Assembly (NCBI GenBank): GCA_963767005.1
Contig: CAVYCN010000004.1
Span: forward strand, 509,479 to 573,478
Reading direction: 5' to 3'
DNA from: an uncultured Actinomycetes bacterium
GTDB lineage: Bacteria > Actinomycetota > Thermoleophilia > UBA2241
DNA: 64,000 bases
The notes beneath the pieces were generated by a model, which was not told where the DNA came from, did not search any database, and saw only the letters and a program-made list of their open reading frames with translations. The position numbers and the translations under genes were made by a program. Shown piece by piece: positions 60,463 to 64,000 of the stretch (positions within the stretch are counted from its first letter, which is position 1; each line of letters begins with the position of its first letter).

Positions 60463-61274
60463 GGTTCCTGCCCCGCGGCGTGGCTAAGCGGACCCTGGCC
60501 CTGGCCCAGCCCGGGCGCCAGACGGATGGCGGTCTGGACGTAGCGGATGGCGTAGGCGACCGCCGCGGCGAGCGGCAGGCCCTGGGCGAGCTTGGTGGCG
60601 ATCGCCGAGGAGAGCGTGCAGCCGGTGCCGTGCGTGTGGCGCGTCTGTAGCCGCTCACCTTCAAAGAGAGAGATCTGCGTACCGTCGAAGAGGAGATCCT
60701 CCACTATCGCCCCGGCGCCGTGGCCGCCCTTGATGAGGGCGGCGCCCGCGCCCATCGCGACGAGACCCTGGGCGGCGCGTTCACGCTCGACGCGGGTGGC
60801 GGTCGGCAGGCCGGTCAGCGTCTCGGCCTCGGACAGGTTGGGCGTCAGGAGCGTCGCCAGCTGCAGCAACTCGCGGCGCAGGGCGTCGAGGGCGTCTGAT
60901 TCCAGGAGTCGGTCACCCCCCTTGGCCACCATGACCGGGTCGAGGATTACCGTCATTGGGCCGAGCCTGCGCAGGGTGGCGGCGACGGTACTCACGACCT
61001 CGGCCGAGCCGAGCATGCCGATCTTCACGGCATCGATGCCGATATCTGAGGCGACCACCTCGATCTGGCGCCCGACAGCCTCGGGGGGCAGCGGCCAGAC
61101 GCCGTGCACGCCTTGGGTGTCCTGGGCCGTGACAGCGGTGACCGCGGCCATGCCGTAGCCCCCGAGGCGTTCGATCGTCTTAAGGTCGGCCTCGATGCCG
61201 GCGCCGCCGCCTGAGTCGCTGCCGGCGATCGTCAGGATGCGCACCGGTTTCGCAGATGTCTGCGGCGGGTTCAC
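60453..61274 (-). CDS. thiD: HMP/HMP-P kinase
   Basis: LTIAGSDSGGGAGIEADLKT, DPVMVAKGG, HTHGTGCTLSSAI. Confidence 0.95.
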   Translation of the reverse strand: MNPPQTSAKPVRILTIAGSDSGGGAGIEADLKTIERLGGYGMAAVTAVTAQDTQGVHGVWPLPPEAVGRQIEVVASDIGIDAVKIGMLGSAEVVSTVAATLRRLGPMTVILDPVMVAKGGDRLLESDALDALRRELLQLATLLTPNLSEAETLTGLPTATRVERERAAQGLVAMGAGAALIKGGHGAGAIVEDLLFDGTQISLFEGERLQTRHTHGTGCTLSSAIATKLAQGLPLAAAVAYAIRYVQTAIRLAPGLGQGQGPLSHAAGQEPWT

Positions 61275-62329
61275 AGGCCGGACTCCATGGCCTTGCCGAA
61301 GGCCGCCCAGAAGGGGTCGGTGCCCGGGTGCTCCAGGGGTCGCTCACCCGCGGCGCTCAGGCGCACGAGGCCGAACTCGCGGCTCACCATCTCGCCGATG
61401 ACGGCGGCATCGATGCCGGATCCGCGCAGGGCGGCGAGCACGCCGTCTGCGTGCTGTGGCCGCACCGTAGCCAGCAGTGTGCCCTCCGAGATCGCGGCCA
61501 ACGGGTCGATGCCGACGAGCTGGCACACCGCCGCGGTCTCGGAGCGGATCGGCACGGCTCGCTCATCGAAGCGCACGCCCACCCCGGAAGCCTGGGCGAT
61601 CTCGACGACGCCTCCGAGGACGCCGCCCTCGGTGGCGTCGTGCAGGCTCGTGACGCCGGCGTCTCTCACCCCGTAGGCGCAGGCCAGGCGGGCGTCCTCG
61701 ACAACGGTCATCTGCTCGAAGAGAGCCCCGGCAGCTGTGGCGAGCTCGGGACCGATGCGGGCGGCGAGCTGCTCGGGGAAGGTGGCGGCAAAGAGGGCGG
61801 TCGCCTCGATCGCCGCTCCCTTGGTGCAGATCAGCAGGTCGCCGGAACGGGCCATGTTCGAGGCCACGTAGCGGTCGGAGGCGCCCACCGCCAGCACGGT
61901 GGCGCCGCCCACCATCGGGTAGGCGCAGCCCTCGTAGCGGGCGGTGTGGCCCGAGACGATGGCGACCCCGAGCTCTTCGCAGGTTTCGTGCACCCCGTCC
62001 CACAGCTCGACAAGCTCCGTCTCCGTGATCGAGAGCGGCAGGTTGAGGTCGATCGCCAGATAGGCCGGGGTCAGGCCCGACATGGCGGCGTCGGACGCCA
62101 GGATGTGCACGGCAAACCAAGCGGCGCGGCGAAAGCCGTACTGCGGCACGATGAAGACGGGGTCACAGGTCGCCGCTAGCACGGCCCCTCCGGGCAGCTT
62201 CACGATCGAGACGTCGACGCCCGACTGGGGCCCAACGAGCACGTCGTCGCGAGGGCGGCCTAACCGGGAGTAGATCAAGGATTCGAAGACCTCGGGCGAG
62301 ATCTTGCCGATGCTCGGCAGCTGCGTCAC
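61271..62329 (-). CDS. AIR synthase (PurM/ThiL/HypE superfamily)-related protein
   Basis: IGKI, GVDV, CDP, SDAAMSG, GHT, ARSGD, LHDATEGG, ISEGTLL; GGAGG RBS. Confidence 0.85.
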   Translation of the reverse strand: MTQLPSIGKISPEVFESLIYSRLGRPRDDVLVGPQSGVDVSIVKLPGGAVLAATCDPVFIVPQYGFRRAAWFAVHILASDAAMSGLTPAYLAIDLNLPLSITETELVELWDGVHETCEELGVAIVSGHTARYEGCAYPMVGGATVLAVGASDRYVASNMARSGDLLICTKGAAIEATALFAATFPEQLAARIGPELATAAGALFEQMTVVEDARLACAYGVRDAGVTSLHDATEGGVLGGVVEIAQASGVGVRFDERAVPIRSETAAVCQLVGIDPLAAISEGTLLATVRPQHADGVLAALRGSGIDAAVIGEMVSREFGLVRLSAAGERPLEHPGTDPFWAAFGKAMESGL

Positions 62330-62336
62330 GTGCTCA

Positions 62337-62383
62337 CCTCCGACGAAGAAGGCCGCTACCGGCGTGGTAGCGGCCGTCGGAGG
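62337..62383 (-). promoter_or_regulatory. RBS-sequestering hairpin (riboswitch expression platform)
   Basis: Outer CCTCCGAC/GTCGGAGG and inner GGCCGCTACC/GGTAGCGGCC stems; the outer stem pairs the GGAGG of the next gene. Confidence 0.7.
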
Positions 62384-62395
62384 TCTGGCCTTGGG

Positions 62396-62479
62396 CGCTT
62401 TCCTACGCTGGTATGACCCAGATCAGGTGCGAGGGTTGGCCAAGACGACCTCTCAGCCTCTTGCGAGGCACCCCTAGCG
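62396..62479 (-). ncRNA. TPP riboswitch
   Basis: Minus strand AGGGGTGC..GCTGAGAG..ACCC..ACCTGATCTGGGTCATACCAGCGTAGGA, upstream of thiD/thiE. Confidence 0.95.
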
Positions 62480-62812
62480 GATGGCTCACAGTATACGTCA
62501 CTGAGACATCGGTCGCTCTCTGAGGCTGCACCTGACTCCGTAACCGGTGGGCCCGGCGTTTCGGCTGCACGTGGAGTGCCTGCCGACGGGTAGCCGACCC
62601 GAGGCCGGGCGCCCGCCTCATCACGTTCTGAACTGGTGGTACGGAACCAGCCTCAGCCTGGAAGGTGCTCCACGAACATTCCAATGGGAGCTAGGGGCTC
62701 GTCCCAGCCCAGACCATGCCCTGCACGCGGTGATAGGCTGGCGACTACGCTAGGTATTTGTCATGACGACTATGCAGGTTCCGCGCCGCGGTCTATGACT
62801 CAGGGGGGCGAC

Positions 62813-63832
62813 GTGTCGAGTCTAACCGGCATCGAAAAGCGGAAGCTCGAAAGGGCGTTCGGGATGGAGACAGGTTACGTCCTGAACTTCTCCAACTTCA
62901 CGTTCTCGGACTTCTTCAACGACTTCTTTGGCATCGATATCTTCGGCGAGAAGTACGCCTTTAGGAGCGGGTCAAAGGCGAACCGAATGCGCGCATTTTG
63001 GAACACGGAGAGCGACTATCTAGTCGGACAGGTTCTCGGCGTCATCTTTGACAACTGGACGGAGTTCAAGGGCTACAACGACCCCCCGGAACGTTCCGAC
63101 GAGTGCGTACAGATTGCCCGGCGACTCCGAGAGAGTGCGCCGCCGCCTGACCTGCTCGCCCTCGTCCCATCCGATGATGACAAGTCTTTCGAGACGCTTG
63201 CGCGGTCTGTCTCTGATTCCATCCAAAGGAACGAGCCAGAGTCGGGTCTGGACCGTCTTCACACCTTCACCTTGAAGTACTTCCGACGTCTCTGCGAGCA
63301 GCGCGGGATTGATACGCCGCGAGACAAGCCTCTTCACAGTTTGGTTGGCGAGTATGTGAAGGTGCTACGGACAGGACGCGAGATTGATTCCGTCATGACC
63401 GAACGCATCCTCAAGACGAGCATCTCCGTCTTCGACGCGTTCAACGCGGTGAGGAACGAGCGCAGCCTCGCCCACGACAACGAGATGCTCAGTCGAGAAG
63501 AGGCGCTTCTTATACTCAGCCACGTGACGAGTTCAATTCGCTTCGTTCAGTCAATTGAGGCGAAGGCGGCAGCTCGCATTCTCCGCATCGACGACTACGG
63601 TCCTGGCGACGTTCGCGTGGAGATTGACGATTCGGGAGGTATTCCGATTGTCCAGCACGGCGACACGCTGGAAGTCGCTCTGGAGCGGCTGCCGCAGGAC
63701 GTAAGAGGGTCCGCCCGCACCTGTCTCAGGATGGACCGCGTGATTTGGAACGAAGAAGTAGGCGCACTTAGGTCCATGATTGCAGGGCAATCTCAGGAGC
63801 CATCACAAGAGACGCCGGTCCGCGACCCCTGA
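62813..63832 (+). CDS. Abortive-infection family protein (AbiJ/Abi_C-like, HEPN-like motif)
   Basis: GMETGYVLNFSN.TF..FF N-terminus, LDRLHTF, RNERSLAHDN; lower GC than the flanks. Confidence 0.75.
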   Translation: MSSLTGIEKRKLERAFGMETGYVLNFSNFTFSDFFNDFFGIDIFGEKYAFRSGSKANRMRAFWNTESDYLVGQVLGVIFDNWTEFKGYNDPPERSDECVQIARRLRESAPPPDLLALVPSDDDKSFETLARSVSDSIQRNEPESGLDRLHTFTLKYFRRLCEQRGIDTPRDKPLHSLVGEYVKVLRTGREIDSVMTERILKTSISVFDAFNAVRNERSLAHDNEMLSREEALLILSHVTSSIRFVQSIEAKAAARILRIDDYGPGDVRVEIDDSGGIPIVQHGDTLEVALERLPQDVRGSARTCLRMDRVIWNEEVGALRSMIAGQSQEPSQETPVRDP

Positions 63833-64000
63833 GCAGGGTAAGCGTCGTCTAGCCGTTGGCCGTGGACGGGGAAACGTCATGTCCCGTCCCATTTCCTTCG
63901 ATGATGGGGTCAACTTTGGCTAGGTTCAAAGCCGCCTGCTTCCGCGAGGATTCCACCACGGCACGCGGTCCGCAGAGCCCCATGACGAGCAGTCGCCACC

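Overview
High-GC bacterial DNA with actinobacterial features (a leaderless-type promoter, GC-rich third codon positions). A Thermoleophilia-like origin is my inference from gene style and cannot be proven from this window. The centrepiece (~34.5-46 kb) is a pyrrolysine-linked methylamine locus. It comprises a divergent TetR with a palindromic operator candidate, an MttB trimethylamine methyltransferase split by an in-frame TAG at the pyrrolysine position (codon 326), a corrinoid protein, two APC permeases and a second non-Pyl MttB homologue. These are followed by pylB, an unknown Cys/His-rich ORF plus a DeoR-HTH gene where pylC normally sits, pylD, and a sigma-70 gene. I did not see pylC, pylS or pylT in the window. 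The locus lies beside a decayed tyrosine-integrase region with two 3'-half tRNA (probably Lys) att-like repeats. The rest of the window holds secreted BNR/YCF48-like proteins, G1 peptidases and CE4 deacetylases sharing a small beta-sandwich module, ABC/MFS transporters, a two-component system, many gene remnants, a TPP-riboswitch thiamine operon led by an AIR-synthase-like gene, and an Abi-like defence gene. All family calls come from reading motifs by eye; no searches were run.
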